Shown here in pieces: positions 1 through 10,554 of a DNA stretch of 64,000 nt. Every line of letters starts with the position of its first letter. Position 1 is the first letter of the stretch. Origin of the DNA: an uncultured virus (IMG/VR IMGVR_UViG_3300043438_000835). Lineage: Duplodnaviria; Heunggongvirae; Uroviricota; Caudoviricetes. The notes under the pieces were generated by a model. That model saw nothing but the letters and a program-made list of their open reading frames with translations. It searched no databases and was not told the origin of the DNA. Location of the stretch: IMG/VR virus record IMGVR_UViG_3300043438_000835, one strand, 5' to 3'. The translations under genes and the position numbers were made by a program.

Positions 1-5
1 CATTA

Positions 6-509
6 TTGTTGATGATTGTAGCTGCTTATGGATCTGTATCTCTATTACAATGGGCCATTGCTAACAAGCAATCTAATTATCAAGTAACAGATAGTTCCCA
101 AATTACAACAGAAGTTCGCGAAAGACAATTAGCTTGTCTCGCCAAGAACATCTATTATGAAGCAGGCAATCAGCCGTTTGAGGGCAAGGTTGCAGTTGCA
201 CAAGTTACAATAAACAGAACTGAAAGCGGGCAGTATCCAAGCGATATCTGCAAGACAATCTATCAAAAGAACATTGTCTATGAAAAGGTCCTATGCCAAT
301 TTAGTTGGGTCTGTGACAGGACTGTTCCAACTAGGGCAGTGAACAAGGCTTCTTTTAAAGAAAGCGAAGAAGTCGCTAAGAAAGTTCTACTAGAAGGATT
401 TCGCCTTCCTAGCCTGAAAGAAGCTATGTATTTCCACGGGGATTATATCAATCCAGGCTGGAAGAGAGAACGTATCACTAAAATCGGCAATCACATTTTT
501 TACAAGTAA
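6..509 (+). CDS. SleB/CwlJ-like cell wall hydrolase (Hydrolase_2); may be 5'-truncated by the window edge
   Basis: CLAKNIYYEA...EGKVAVAQVTINR...CQFSW...IGNHIFY motifs typical of the SleB-like family. Confidence 0.85.
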   Translation: MLMIVAAYGSVSLLQWAIANKQSNYQVTDSSQITTEVRERQLACLAKNIYYEAGNQPFEGKVAVAQVTINRTESGQYPSDICKTIYQKNIVYEKVLCQFSWVCDRTVPTRAVNKASFKESEEVAKKVLLEGFRLPSLKEAMYFHGDYINPGWKRERITKIGNHIFYK

Positions 510-517
510 GGACAAGT

Positions 518-838
518 ATGTTTATCATTGATCAAATTAAAGACGCAGTATTATTTCTTGTTAAATTTGCTAAAGATCACCTTGGGCATGTAAGTGCCCA
601 TACATTAGGTTGGGTTACAATTATCCTACTGCATCTGTCTAGTATTCCTACTCTTGTAGCAGTATTGATGGCGCAGAGCGATAAGCTGCCTCCTGTAGAT
701 TTAATGGTATTTGTTTGGAGTGCATTGATCACGCTGTTTTTTAAAGCTCTTATTGAACGTAACTTCTTGTACATTGCTACTATCTGTTTGGGCTTTGCGG
801 CACAGACAGTAATTATGAGTTTGATCCTATTCAAATAA
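518..838 (+). CDS. small multi-pass membrane protein
   Basis: about 3 hydrophobic segments; RBS AAGGAC upstream. Confidence 0.6.
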   Translation: MFIIDQIKDAVLFLVKFAKDHLGHVSAHTLGWVTIILLHLSSIPTLVAVLMAQSDKLPPVDLMVFVWSALITLFFKALIERNFLYIATICLGFAAQTVIMSLILFK

Positions 839-846
839 ATAAATCT

Positions 847-1098
847 ATGCGAATCACAGAACTACTTGCCGAAAAGAAAATAGCCGCACCTACTGCTAGC
901 CAATGCTCTATTGGGCGTTCTAGATTGAGTAATGTGCGCTATTCACAATGCGTGAGCCGCGGCATGCTTAAACATGATAGCAATCATACTGACGGTACGG
1001 GTACACAGGGCAAGGCAGGCAGCGGTGTAAGACTCAAAGGCAAAAAGTCTAAGAGTGAATTACACGGCGGCCCTGTTAAAGACTACGACAGTAAATGA
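847..1098 (+). CDS. hypothetical basic protein with MRITELLAE N-terminus
   Basis: ORF with TAAATA 5 nt upstream of the ATG. Confidence 0.6.
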   Translation: MRITELLAEKKIAAPTASQCSIGRSRLSNVRYSQCVSRGMLKHDSNHTDGTGTQGKAGSGVRLKGKKSKSELHGGPVKDYDSK

Positions 1099-1452
1099 TT
1101 ACCACTCGTCATTCTGATTGAGTTTCAGCACGGCCGTTTCTAACAACTCGTGATGATCTAACTCGGCGAAACACTTGTCGAGTTCATATATTTTTTCTTC
1201 GTTATTAAAATTAGTTTCCCATTCCGAAACGCCTAACATTTCCATTAGTTCTGTAAACGTTATAGTCTCTCCCCGAACCTGGCTAACCCAAATACAGGTT
1301 AAGAAACTGCACATAAAAATCACACGTTGATTTTCTATACCGTATTCTTCGCACCATTCTAAAGTTTTATTCAAATAGTAGTCGATGTCGTCAATACGAT
1401 GCTCTAACTGTATGATCCATTCTTTAGTATCATCTCTAGACCAGTATGCCAT
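1099..1452 (-). CDS. hypothetical acidic protein
   Basis: ORF coupled (TAATG overlap) to the upstream Cys-rich ORF. Confidence 0.65.
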   Translation of the reverse strand: MAYWSRDDTKEWIIQLEHRIDDIDYYLNKTLEWCEEYGIENQRVIFMCSFLTCIWVSQVRGETITFTELMEMLGVSEWETNFNNEEKIYELDKCFAELDHHELLETAVLKLNQNDEW

Positions 1453-1616
1453 TAATTGTACCCTCTGCTATTATCTAATTCTATGCACTCTGGACATTCG
1501 CAGTCCGGGCAGTATTCGCATTCAGTACAACTATGATTGCAGTGTGCAGGACATCCGCATTTGCATTTAGCTGTAAATCGTTTGTAGTTTTGAAAGTCAT
1601 CCATGTATTGTTCCAT
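1452..1616 (-). CDS. 54-aa Cys-rich metallothionein-like peptide (not in the ORF track)
   Basis: Manual translation [62 protein letters not shown]; minus-strand TAAATA at 1635-1640. Confidence 0.75.
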   Translation of the reverse strand: MEQYMDDFQNYKRFTAKCKCGCPAHCNHSCTECEYCPDCECPECIELDNSRGYN

Positions 1617-1656
1617 GTTTTTCTCCTGCTTGGATATTTATAGTGTAAATAGTAGT

Positions 1657-1980
1657 ATGATCAACATAACATCAAATGCTAAGACAAAGATTACAGACCT
1701 CCTAATGGAGGAAAATAATCCAAAACTTGCCTTAAGAACCTTTGTACAAGGTGGCGGCTGTTCTGGATTTAGTTACGGATTTACCTTTGATGAAGAATTT
1801 AACGAAGATGATTTCCAATTTCCAATTGGTGAATTTAAAGTCGTAGTAGATGCTATGAGTATGCAGTATCTACAAGGTGCCGAAATTGATTACAAAGAAG
1901 ATCTTTCCGGATCTAGCTTTTCAATAAAAAATCCAAACGCTCAATCCACTTGCGGCTGCGGCAGTAGCTTCTCCATTTAA
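1657..1980 (+). CDS. erpA: A-type Fe-S carrier, ErpA/HesB family
   Basis: GGGCSGFSY and CGCGSSF motifs; start moved to MINITS, 5 nt after TAAATA. Confidence 0.88.
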   Translation: MINITSNAKTKITDLLMEENNPKLALRTFVQGGGCSGFSYGFTFDEEFNEDDFQFPIGEFKVVVDAMSMQYLQGAEIDYKEDLSGSSFSIKNPNAQSTCGCGSSFSI

Positions 1981-1982
1981 AT

Positions 1983-2027
1983 TTTGGTAAAATGTCCATT
2001 GACACTGTTCCAAAAATGTTGTATAAT
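1983..2027 (+). promoter_or_regulatory. sigma70-type promoter with upstream TTTGGTAAAA box
   Basis: TTGACA (1999) - 17 nt - TATAAT (2022). Confidence 0.85.
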
Positions 2028-2058
2028 TGTCTTATCGTAACACACTAATGAAACACAC

Positions 2059-3351
2059 ATGACAACTCCTTGCGATGCAGTAATCCGCAGTCTGGAAGAA
2101 CACTCCAGCCGACTAAACAAAGAAGCAATCCTAGAAGCAGAAATCGACAACGTAGAGTTGTTTGAAGGCTTTCAACTGGCTCTAAGTCCATTTATTACAT
2201 TTGGTGTAAAGAAAGTACCTACCAGCACAGGTGGTAGCGGACAGGGTCTGCCTTGGGTTGCATTTAAAGAACTGTGCGAACTTCTACGCACTCGACAACT
2301 AACAGGCGATGCCGCACGTGATGCAATCGAATTGGCATTGAGTGCAAGCACACAGAAGCAATGGAATGATTGGTATCGTCGTATCCTAATCAAGGATCTC
2401 CGTTGCGGTGTTAGTGAAAAGACTATCAATAAGATTAAGAAAGACGCTGTACCATTGTTCGAGTGCATGTTGGCTCACGACGGCGCCAACCACGAAAGCA
2501 AAGTCGCAGGTAAGAAACTGCTTGAGCCTAAACTGGACGGTGTTCGTGCTGTGTTGATTGTTGATGCCGATGCTAAGACTGCAACTGTCTACAGCCGCAA
2601 TGGCAAAATTTTAGAAAACTTTGGACACATTACCAAAGGCATTGAAGATAACATCGAACTGTTTGATCGCAGTATTGTCATTGACGGTGAAGTGGTTAGC
2701 TCTAGCTTCCAAGCACTAATGAAACAGGTACATCGTAAAAGCGATGCAGATGCCAGCGATGCACGACTGATGGCCTTTGATGTTCTTCCACTTAGTGAAT
2801 TCCGAAAAGGTAAAAGCATTCTGGGACAACGCCGTCGTAGTAATCTCCTACGCAGTATGCAGTCTGTACTGGATAAGATTGGGAACATTGATATTATTCC
2901 TCAACTTGAAGTGGATCTAGACACAGCAGTTGGTGAAATGCAATTTAAACAATATAACAAAGATGCCATTGATGCAGGGTTTGAAGGCATTATGATCAAA
3001 GACATTGATGCACCTTATGTCTGTAAGCGTCATGTGGCGTGGCTCAAACAAAAGCCATTTATCGAAGTAAGTTTAACCATTGTGGGCATCGAGCCAGGAA
3101 CAGGTAAAAATGAAGGCAAAATGGGCGCAGTTATCTGCGAAGGCGAAGAGGATGGCAAGTTCATCCGTGTTAATGTTGGCTCTGGCTGGACAGATGATCA
3201 GAGAGCCGAAGTTGACGATGAGGTTATTGGTCAAGTCTTGGAAGTGCGAGCAGATGCAATTACTCGGAGCCAAGATAGTGAAGACGTATACAGCCTCCGA
3301 TTTCCACGGGCTCTTCGATTCCGAGGTTTTAAAGCAGGTGAGAAACTATAA
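2059..3351 (+). CDS. ATP-dependent DNA ligase
   Basis: EPKLDGVR (KxDG adenylation motif), DGEV, EGIMIK, LRFPR. Confidence 0.93.
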   Translation: MTTPCDAVIRSLEEHSSRLNKEAILEAEIDNVELFEGFQLALSPFITFGVKKVPTSTGGSGQGLPWVAFKELCELLRTRQLTGDAARDAIELALSASTQKQWNDWYRRILIKDLRCGVSEKTINKIKKDAVPLFECMLAHDGANHESKVAGKKLLEPKLDGVRAVLIVDADAKTATVYSRNGKILENFGHITKGIEDNIELFDRSIVIDGEVVSSSFQALMKQVHRKSDADASDARLMAFDVLPLSEFRKGKSILGQRRRSNLLRSMQSVLDKIGNIDIIPQLEVDLDTAVGEMQFKQYNKDAIDAGFEGIMIKDIDAPYVCKRHVAWLKQKPFIEVSLTIVGIEPGTGKNEGKMGAVICEGEEDGKFIRVNVGSGWTDDQRAEVDDEVIGQVLEVRADAITRSQDSEDVYSLRFPRALRFRGFKAGEKL

Positions 3352-3352
3352 T

Positions 3353-3595
3353 ATGGATAAAGAAGCTGTTAAAAATTTAATGTTCGGAGGCTTCTGCGAG
3401 TTGGCCAGGGACGATCGATTCTACCACCGCAGTGCCGTAGGTCCAGAATACTGTTATTTTACTGATCGGGGCAAGATTGCCATAACGGACTTTATGATTC
3501 AAATGGCAGTAAATATACACAAAGCTGAAGTAGCTGATTTAGATAGGAGAGCTAAAGAAATGGTCATTAAAGGACTTAAAGGAGAAAGTGTTTAA
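3353..3595 (+). CDS. hypothetical protein
   Basis: ATG immediately after the ligase stop; 3' part of track ORF 3080..3595. Confidence 0.6.
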   Translation: MDKEAVKNLMFGGFCELARDDRFYHRSAVGPEYCYFTDRGKIAITDFMIQMAVNIHKAEVADLDRRAKEMVIKGLKGESV

Positions 3596-3597
3596 TC

Positions 3598-3816
3598 GTG
3601 GCTAAAGAAGATATGATCAGCCTTGAGGGCAGGATCGAAGAAGTACTACCCAACGCAATGTTTCGGGTAAGGTTGGAACAAGGTTCCGCAGTTCTGGGAT
3701 TCATCTCGGGCAAGATGCGACAGAACAGAATTCAAATACTGTTAGGGGATAGAGTTAGGGTAGAAATGAGCCCATACGACTTAACTAAATGTCGTATAGT
3801 ATATCGTTCAAAATAA
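3598..3816 (+). CDS. infA: translation initiation factor IF-1
   Basis: [24 protein letters not shown]...[30 protein letters not shown] start with GGAG RBS. Confidence 0.95.
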   Translation: MAKEDMISLEGRIEEVLPNAMFRVRLEQGSAVLGFISGKMRQNRIQILLGDRVRVEMSPYDLTKCRIVYRSK

Positions 3817-3828
3817 AATTTGGGTCAT

Positions 3829-3858
3829 AAAAAAAGCACCTTACGGTGCTTTTCTTTT
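3829..3858. terminator. bidirectional intrinsic terminator
   Basis: AAAAAAAGCACC-TTAC-GGTGCTTTTCTTTT between convergent genes. Confidence 0.8.
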
Positions 3859-4369
3859 ATCCTAAGTAGTTGGCCCACGATGGGTGTGGTATATCCCACT
3901 TTTGCTGTCTACGCTTGTCTACTAATTGATAGTAGGTGGGCTTAACTGGCTTGTGCTTTGGCACAATCTTCTTGTCGTTACCCTTGTTTGCATTACAGCT
4001 CGCGCAGGCGCAGACAGTGTTTTCAAAGGTAGTCTTACCACCGTGACTAACTGGCAGCACGTGGTCTAACGTGGCTGTTTTACGGCTTACATCATCCCCA
4101 CAGTACTGGCATGTATAGCCATCACGAAGGAACACATTATGTTTGGAATAACGAATTGCAGTCTTGCGCTTTTCGTACTCGCGAAGAATCATAACGGCAG
4201 GAACCTGTGTTTCCCAGTTTGCACTATGCACGACCCAATTATCGTAGACATCTAACACAGTGGCTTTTTCAAGCACTATGAACTTAATAGATTCTTCCCA
4301 GGAAATTGTGCTCAACGGTAGCCAAGAAATCGGGGCTCCGTCTGCATTTAACAATAATGTCGAACTCAT
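3857..4369 (-). CDS. HNH endonuclease (McrA-like)
   Basis: RDGYTCQYCG...TLDHVLPVSHGG...NTVCACASCNANKG. Confidence 0.9.
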   Translation of the reverse strand: MSSTLLLNADGAPISWLPLSTISWEESIKFIVLEKATVLDVYDNWVVHSANWETQVPAVMILREYEKRKTAIRYSKHNVFLRDGYTCQYCGDDVSRKTATLDHVLPVSHGGKTTFENTVCACASCNANKGNDKKIVPKHKPVKPTYYQLVDKRRQQKWDIPHPSWANYLG

Positions 4370-4445
4370 TTACTACTTTCAAAGGTTGTTGTGACCCAGT
4401 ATTTATTATACAGTCATTTACCATAAAGAGCAACTAAATAGTCAT

Positions 4446-4733
4446 ATGAGTCACTCAACTTTTATACATTCCGGCATTGTAAACCCTGCCAAACCAAATA
4501 TTACAGTAAAGGAGTCCGCAGATGCTGTTGATACAGTAACATTGGATATTCCATTACTTACTCGAATTTTAGAACTAGCCCGCGAGGACGTAAAATCGGA
4601 TGCAGACCTGCACTTTGTTATCACTAACATTTTGGCTATTAAGAACAAGGGTGTACTCACTATGCAAGATTATGACAAGATTCTAGAGAAACCGGATCAG
4701 TTAGAGTCAATTAGAAAACTAGCAGGATTATAA
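4446..4733 (+). CDS. hypothetical late protein
   Basis: TAAATA 5 nt upstream; ends [10 protein letters not shown]. Confidence 0.6.
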   Translation: MSHSTFIHSGIVNPAKPNITVKESADAVDTVTLDIPLLTRILELAREDVKSDADLHFVITNILAIKNKGVLTMQDYDKILEKPDQLESIRKLAGL

Positions 4734-4735
4734 AA

Positions 4736-7315
4736 ATGACCATTCAAGTTATCAATACAGGTTCTAATGCAAACTCAGGCGACGGTGACAGCATACGATC
4801 TGCATTTATCAAAGTAAATCAAAATTTTACAGAAATTGCCACACTGCTAGGAACAACTGGTACTGATTTTACAGAAGCAGTAGCAGACGCTGGTGCTACG
4901 CTATTAGTTCATAGTAGTCATAGTGGCATGACTGCTGTATATAATGATGCATTAAATATTGTTCAATTTACTGTAGCTGCCGGTCCTACCGGCCCTGCTG
5001 GGCCACAAGGTGAGACTGGCCCAACTGGCCCTGCCGGTACCGGGGGCGGATTTTCAACCACGTCGTCTCTGGTTAACGGATCTTTTGTTACTAGTCTAAA
5101 TAGCTTTGGAAACTTAGTAACTTCCGGTAATGTATTACCCAATGCTAGTAACCAATTTAACTTAGGATCTGACCTACGTAGATGGAATACCGTCTATGTT
5201 AACACACTTACCATTCGTCAAGCTATTGTTGTTGGAGGTTATGATAGTGACAATTATAGTAGAATACGTCACTTAGAATCAACTCCATTTACCGGAGGTG
5301 AATATCGAGCATACGGATTCGCCTCGGCATACGAGCAATCAACAGTTTTAGTAAATGAAGATGCAAACATAAATCAAGTTTTATTTCTAGGGGATACGGG
5401 ACCGGGTGATTCACAGACATTATTCGGTATCGGTGTTGCTGACAATTCATTTGAAACCTATACAGTCCCTACCACCGGACAGGAAACTACCTGGGTTAAA
5501 AAGTTAGAACTAACTGGACAAGGCAATCTATACCTAAACAGTGGAACGATACATGTAGCATCTACATCCATGTACTTTGACAATTACCAAGTATCTGTAG
5601 ATCCAACAACCGGAATTAGTATAGATGGTATTAGACAAGGAAGAGTAAATCCTGGTCAATTTGGAAGATTTGCACTCTACGGAACAACTAATAATACAGA
5701 AATTTCTCCTAGTTTAGCAATGTCTTACAATTTCGATAGTCAGGTAATTTTTATTGGTGGTGCTACCTCTAATACTGGTACAAGTGTTGCTTGGTCTAGA
5801 GAACTTTTTATACCAGGTGCCGCAGGTTGGTCATTTTCACAACACTTTGATCAACCAGATGCATTAGATTTTAGATGGGTTAGAACTAGAGGAACAGCAA
5901 CTGCACCAACACCTTTGTTAGAAAATGATAATATTGCAGAGCTTGTGTTTTCAACTCGAACTCCAACACAATTCATGGCTCCCGCAAGAATACACGTTCG
6001 AGTTGAAAACACAGGGACTTTCCCCACTGCCAAGTTTATGTTTTTTACTAACTCCGGAACTACTACTACTAGCATAGTTTCATCGGAGCTTTCATCAACA
6101 GGAACATTTAAGTTTACAAAGATAGGGTCACTGGCAACAGGTACAGACTTACAAGTGCAAAACAGTTTAATTCCAACAGATGATATAAGATTTGATTTAG
6201 GTAGTGCTGATAAACAATGGCGTAGTTTGTATGTTGGGACTAGCACCGTATATTTTGGCGGTATTCCTTTGCAAGTTACACTCGAAGGTGATATAAGTGT
6301 AAATGGTATTGTAGTTGCAAGTACCGGATCACAAGGACTAACTGGCCCACAAGGACCTGCTGGTGGTCAAGGAGCTGTAGGTCCAACTGGTCCTGCTGGT
6401 CCACAAGGCGTTCAAGGAGACGTGGGTCCAACTGGCCCTGCCGGTGGTCAAGGATCGGTAGGTGCAACTGGCCCTGCTGGTCCACAAGGCGTTCAAGGAG
6501 ACGTGGGTCCAACTGGCCCATCCGGTGGCCCGCAAGGTCCACAAGGCGTTCAAGGAGACGTGGGTCCAACTGGCCCACAGGGTGTTCAAGGAGCTGTAGG
6601 TCCAACTGGTCCAACTGGACCATCAGGTGCTCAAGGAATTCCAGGCGATACAGGACCTACAGGTGCAGGCCCAACTGGTCCACAAGGACCATCTGGTGAT
6701 ACAGGACCTACTGGCCCATCAGGCGCCACTGGACCAGCAGGACCGGCAAGCGCAGTAGCAGGACCTTCGGGTCCTACTGGGCCATCGGGACCCACAGGAG
6801 TCGACGGGGCCACAGGACCCACCGGGCCAACCGGGCCATCAGGACCTAGTGGAGCAAACGGCATAGGATTTATTGGACCATCAGGGCCAACTGGGCCAAG
6901 TGGTTCACAAGGCGTTCAAGGAAACGTAGGTCCAACTGGTCCACAAGGAGTAACTGGACCACAAGGACCACAAGGCGATACAGGGCCAACTGGCCCTAGT
7001 GCTTCTATTACGTGGTCAGTATCATCTACTGGAACTAGTGATTACGTATTCAGCGGACCCGGTGTAGTTGCAGGCAACACTAATGATCCTGTGCTATATC
7101 TATACAGAGGATTTACCTATACTTTTATCAACACTACGGGTGGCAGTCATCCCTTTGCTATTAGAGTAAGTGACGGCGGCGCAGCTTATACTGACGGCGT
7201 TTCAGGCAGTCAAGCAGGCACACAGACATTTACTGTGCCAATGAATGCACCATCTACACTGTATTATCAATGCACTATCCATGGCGTAATGGGTAATGTT
7301 ATCAACATAGTCTAA
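4736..7315 (+). CDS. virion fibre protein with a long Pro-rich collagen (GPT/GPQ) helix and a C-terminal cupredoxin-like domain
   Basis: N-terminal [25 protein letters not shown] baseplate/fibre-type motif; about 75 Gly-X-Y triplets; C-terminal HPF...[11 protein letters not shown]. Confidence 0.75.
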   Translation: MTIQVINTGSNANSGDGDSIRSAFIKVNQNFTEIATLLGTTGTDFTEAVADAGATLLVHSSHSGMTAVYNDALNIVQFTVAAGPTGPAGPQGETGPTGPAGTGGGFSTTSSLVNGSFVTSLNSFGNLVTSGNVLPNASNQFNLGSDLRRWNTVYVNTLTIRQAIVVGGYDSDNYSRIRHLESTPFTGGEYRAYGFASAYEQSTVLVNEDANINQVLFLGDTGPGDSQTLFGIGVADNSFETYTVPTTGQETTWVKKLELTGQGNLYLNSGTIHVASTSMYFDNYQVSVDPTTGISIDGIRQGRVNPGQFGRFALYGTTNNTEISPSLAMSYNFDSQVIFIGGATSNTGTSVAWSRELFIPGAAGWSFSQHFDQPDALDFRWVRTRGTATAPTPLLENDNIAELVFSTRTPTQFMAPARIHVRVENTGTFPTAKFMFFTNSGTTTTSIVSSELSSTGTFKFTKIGSLATGTDLQVQNSLIPTDDIRFDLGSADKQWRSLYVGTSTVYFGGIPLQVTLEGDISVNGIVVASTGSQGLTGPQGPAGGQGAVGPTGPAGPQGVQGDVGPTGPAGGQGSVGATGPAGPQGVQGDVGPTGPSGGPQGPQGVQGDVGPTGPQGVQGAVGPTGPTGPSGAQGIPGDTGPTGAGPTGPQGPSGDTGPTGPSGATGPAGPASAVAGPSGPTGPSGPTGVDGATGPTGPTGPSGPSGANGIGFIGPSGPTGPSGSQGVQGNVGPTGPQGVTGPQGPQGDTGPTGPSASITWSVSSTGTSDYVFSGPGVVAGNTNDPVLYLYRGFTYTFINTTGGSHPFAIRVSDGGAAYTDGVSGSQAGTQTFTVPMNAPSTLYYQCTIHGVMGNVINIV

Positions 7316-7345
7316 TCAGTGTTAACTTACGAGTAAATACACATT

Positions 7346-7648
7346 ATGAGAGCAACTGAAATTATTCGTGGCGTACTGGATCTTATTGATCAAGTTGAGT
7401 GCGCCCAACAATCTACACAGCAAGATCCGATCGGTGGTGCCTTTGCACAACTGTTTGCACAATTATCAGCAGAACCTGTAGAAGTTAAATCTGCTGGCAT
7501 GTATGACAACAGTCCAGACGTGCATGTACAAGGCATTGACAGCGTGACCACAGCCGCAGGGCTAGGCGGACTAAACGGTCCTAAAAACCCTAGTGACATT
7601 AGATCAGACAGCGTAAGCATGTATCCAAACTTTCAAACCAAGGAATAA
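7346..7648 (+). CDS. hypothetical late protein (MRATEII N-terminus)
   Basis: TAAATA 6 nt upstream. Confidence 0.6.
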   Translation: MRATEIIRGVLDLIDQVECAQQSTQQDPIGGAFAQLFAQLSAEPVEVKSAGMYDNSPDVHVQGIDSVTTAAGLGGLNGPKNPSDIRSDSVSMYPNFQTKE

Positions 7649-7650
7649 CA

Positions 7651-7941
7651 ATGAGTAGATATCACACCCTTTATGCTAGCAATAGCGCCACTCCAAAATT
7701 CACCACACTGCAAACAGGTGCAGCCAGTGTTAATACAGCAATTACCGCAAGACGTATTACTGTAGTAACCAACGGTACTAGCCAGTTCATGTCATTCGGT
7801 ACAGGAACTGTTGCTGCAACGACTGCCAGCTGTGTAGTTCCTGCAAACTCTATGATGGATTTTAATGTTACTACAGGAACGCACGTTGCGTTTATCAGTC
7901 CAACGGGTTTAGGTTACGTTACACTTATCGACGCTGATTAA
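7651..7941 (+). CDS. small beta-rich putative virion protein
   Basis: ORF with AAGGA RBS inside the structural block. Confidence 0.55.
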   Translation: MSRYHTLYASNSATPKFTTLQTGAASVNTAITARRITVVTNGTSQFMSFGTGTVAATTASCVVPANSMMDFNVTTGTHVAFISPTGLGYVTLIDAD

Positions 7942-7943
7942 TT

Positions 7944-9656
7944 ATGGCGGTTGATCGCTATCAGAACAGCACAGCCTATGAACATCCACAGGAGAGCAAT
8001 CTTCTAAATATTCATAAGACTATGCAGTACAACAGCCAGGGGCAACCCGTGGCTCGTGTACATGTTGATGGTATCAATCTTGAAGGTGATGTTATTGTTG
8101 ACACTGTAAGTTTAAGTACATCAACACTGGCTGCATTAGAAAGCATTAGTGTTCGTCAAGAAGGCACCTGGACAGTTAGCATAGGAACCAACGGACAAGT
8201 TGTAGTCAGCAATTTTACATCAACTGTAAATATTTCTTCTCTACCTGCTATCACAGGAACAGTCACAGTAAGTAATTTTACTTCAACTGTATTTGTAAGC
8301 AATACACTGACAATCAGCAACACCAGTTTTGCTGTAACTAACTTTCCAACCACCTCCACAGTATACCAAGGTACAATACCGTGGACTATAACTGGCACAG
8401 TTGCTATCTCAAGCCTTCCGGAAGTAGAGATTAAAAACGATTCAGGTAATCCTATACCCGTCAGTGGTACGGTAACTGCCACACTAACTGGCACTAACAC
8501 ATTTACATTGGGCACAGGATCTACTGATGCGTTTGGTAGACTGCGAGTCAGTGAGCCTTATACACTGTTTGACAGTAGAGCAAGATATTACGACCACAAT
8601 GATTTTAGCAGTAGCACCAGCACTGGCGGCACAGTGGTCTACGAAACAGACAGTTCTACATTTAGACTGGCAGTGAGCACAAGTAATGGATCCAGTGTCA
8701 TACGAGAAACCAAAAGAGTTTTTCCTTATCAGCCAGGCAAGAGTCTGCTGGTGTTGGCCACTTTTGCCATGAACACTCCCAAGGCCAACCTGCGTCAGCG
8801 TGTGGGATATTTTACCACCAACAACGGAGTCTATTTTGAAAATGATGGCGCATATAACTATTTGGTAATAAGAAGTTATAGTACAGGTGCGTTGGTTGAA
8901 GATAGGATAAGACAAGACGCTTGGGACAATCCATTCGCCGCATTAAATGTAGACAGGACACAGATATTTTGGACAGACATTGAGTGGTTGGGCGTGGGAA
9001 GTGTTCGCTGTGGATTTGTTGTCAACGGTGCTTATGTGCTTTGCCACACATTCCATCATGCCAATGTTGTGAATAATACCACCACTTATATGACCACGGC
9101 TGTACTGCCAGTGCGTTATGAAATAACCAATACTGGAGCCACTGCTTCATCCAGTATGATGAGACAGATATGCTCCACTGTAATCAGCGAAGGTGGCTAC
9201 AACGCATTTACCTACAGCGAATCAGCAGGACGTGGCACCAGTGTGTTGAGATTGGTCAATGCCGGAACATACTATCCGTTGGTCAGCATTAGATTGGCCA
9301 GCACAAGATTAGATGCTATTGTGTTGCCCAGACAAGTGGATGTGCTGAGTCCCACAGTGAATTACTATCGTTGGAGATTGGTGCTAAACCCTACCCTAAC
9401 TGGTGCTACTTGGGCAGGAACCAGTACTTCAGGAACTGTTGAATATGACACGGCCGCCACAGGAGTTTCGGGCGGTATAGAACTACAAACTGGTTATGTC
9501 AGCAGTAGAGAACTATCGGAACTAGGAGCAGATGCGTTTGCGTTTCAGTTAGGCAGAACATTGGCAGGAGTCAGCGATATTGTGACACTAACTATGGCAG
9601 CAACATCAAACAACGCAGACGTGCTGGCACAAATTGGCTGGCAAGAAATTACTTAA
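7944..9656 (+). CDS. putative virion structural protein with lectin-like beta domain
   Basis: Ser/Thr/Val-rich stalk, then a DAFGRLRVSEPYTLFDS...YQPGKS...WLGVGSVR domain. Confidence 0.6.
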   Translation: MAVDRYQNSTAYEHPQESNLLNIHKTMQYNSQGQPVARVHVDGINLEGDVIVDTVSLSTSTLAALESISVRQEGTWTVSIGTNGQVVVSNFTSTVNISSLPAITGTVTVSNFTSTVFVSNTLTISNTSFAVTNFPTTSTVYQGTIPWTITGTVAISSLPEVEIKNDSGNPIPVSGTVTATLTGTNTFTLGTGSTDAFGRLRVSEPYTLFDSRARYYDHNDFSSSTSTGGTVVYETDSSTFRLAVSTSNGSSVIRETKRVFPYQPGKSLLVLATFAMNTPKANLRQRVGYFTTNNGVYFENDGAYNYLVIRSYSTGALVEDRIRQDAWDNPFAALNVDRTQIFWTDIEWLGVGSVRCGFVVNGAYVLCHTFHHANVVNNTTTYMTTAVLPVRYEITNTGATASSSMMRQICSTVISEGGYNAFTYSESAGRGTSVLRLVNAGTYYPLVSIRLASTRLDAIVLPRQVDVLSPTVNYYRWRLVLNPTLTGATWAGTSTSGTVEYDTAATGVSGGIELQTGYVSSRELSELGADAFAFQLGRTLAGVSDIVTLTMAATSNNADVLAQIGWQEIT

Positions 9657-9663
9657 ATACATT

Positions 9664-10104
9664 ATGAAAAAACTATTATTAACCCTATTATTAGCAGTGG
9701 CGGCAGTTCCTGCTCTAGCACAAAAGACACCTAAAGGTGCAACTTATGACGCACAGATTATACGTGTAAGCGACGGTGACACTATTGTGATTGCAGCACC
9801 ATTCCTTCCTGCTCCACTAAAGCCAGAACTAGCAGTTCGTATATTTGGTGTTGATACTCCGGAAAAAGGACACAGAGCACAGTGCCCGCAAGAAAACGAG
9901 AGAGCATTAGTGGCCAGCAAATTTACCACACATGCGATTCAATCCCACCCTAAACATCAAGTTATCATCTACGGTTGGGACAAGTTTGGCGGTCGCATTC
10001 TAGGAGACATCTTAGTCAATGGACAGAGCATTCGTCAAGGATTAATTGCCAACGGTCTAGCACGCGAATATTACGGCGATGCTAAACAAAGTTGGTGTAA
10101 CTAA
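9664..10104 (+). CDS. thermonuclease (SNase) family protein with signal peptide
   Basis: RVSDGDT, RIFGVDTPE, DKFGGRILG; MKKLLLTLLLAVAAVPALA signal; TAAATA 4 nt upstream. Confidence 0.88.
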   Translation: MKKLLLTLLLAVAAVPALAQKTPKGATYDAQIIRVSDGDTIVIAAPFLPAPLKPELAVRIFGVDTPEKGHRAQCPQENERALVASKFTTHAIQSHPKHQVIIYGWDKFGGRILGDILVNGQSIRQGLIANGLAREYYGDAKQSWCN

Positions 10105-10230
10105 ACCACCTTAGGTCCGTTGTCGTAACGGTTAGCCCACCGGGCAGGCGTCCGTCTAGCAAACGTAAATTGCCGGCGTAATTACACTGCTGAGCCATAA
10201 AAAATTCGGCGCCGGATTAAGTAACCGGCA
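10105..10230 (+). ncRNA. putative structured RNA of unknown class (strand uncertain)
   Basis: GC-rich intergenic stretch with several adjacent hairpins. Confidence 0.4.
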
Positions 10231-10242
10231 ACTAAATACATC

Positions 10243-10533
10243 ATGAGAGCAAAAGAATTCACCATTAATGTACCTATTACCATTACAATTAATGGTGATG
10301 AAGATCCTGTGGTTAATGCTGCTGGTCAAAACCCACCCGAGGAAGCCGATACAGAATTGCAGCAAAATCCTGTGATGATCAGCCCACAGCAGCAAGAACT
10401 AGAACTTGCTAAAGCCGCAGCAGGCAAAGACAGCCCTGTTATAGACAAACTAACAGGTCAGGAAACAGTGGGCGAAGAGCCCCCTGAGCAGAACGACATT
10501 ATTCAACAACTAAAAGCATTAATGTCAAGATAA
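10243..10533 (+). CDS. hypothetical late protein (MRAKEFT N-terminus)
   Basis: TAAATA 4 nt upstream. Confidence 0.6.
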   Translation: MRAKEFTINVPITITINGDEDPVVNAAGQNPPEEADTELQQNPVMISPQQQELELAKAAAGKDSPVIDKLTGQETVGEEPPEQNDIIQQLKALMSR

Positions 10534-10554
10534 CAGCATACGATAAATATCGTT

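Noticed and set aside
3080..3352. N-terminal extension of track ORF 3080..3595
   Set aside because: Overlaps the ligase C-terminus in another frame; ATG 3353 is the plausible start
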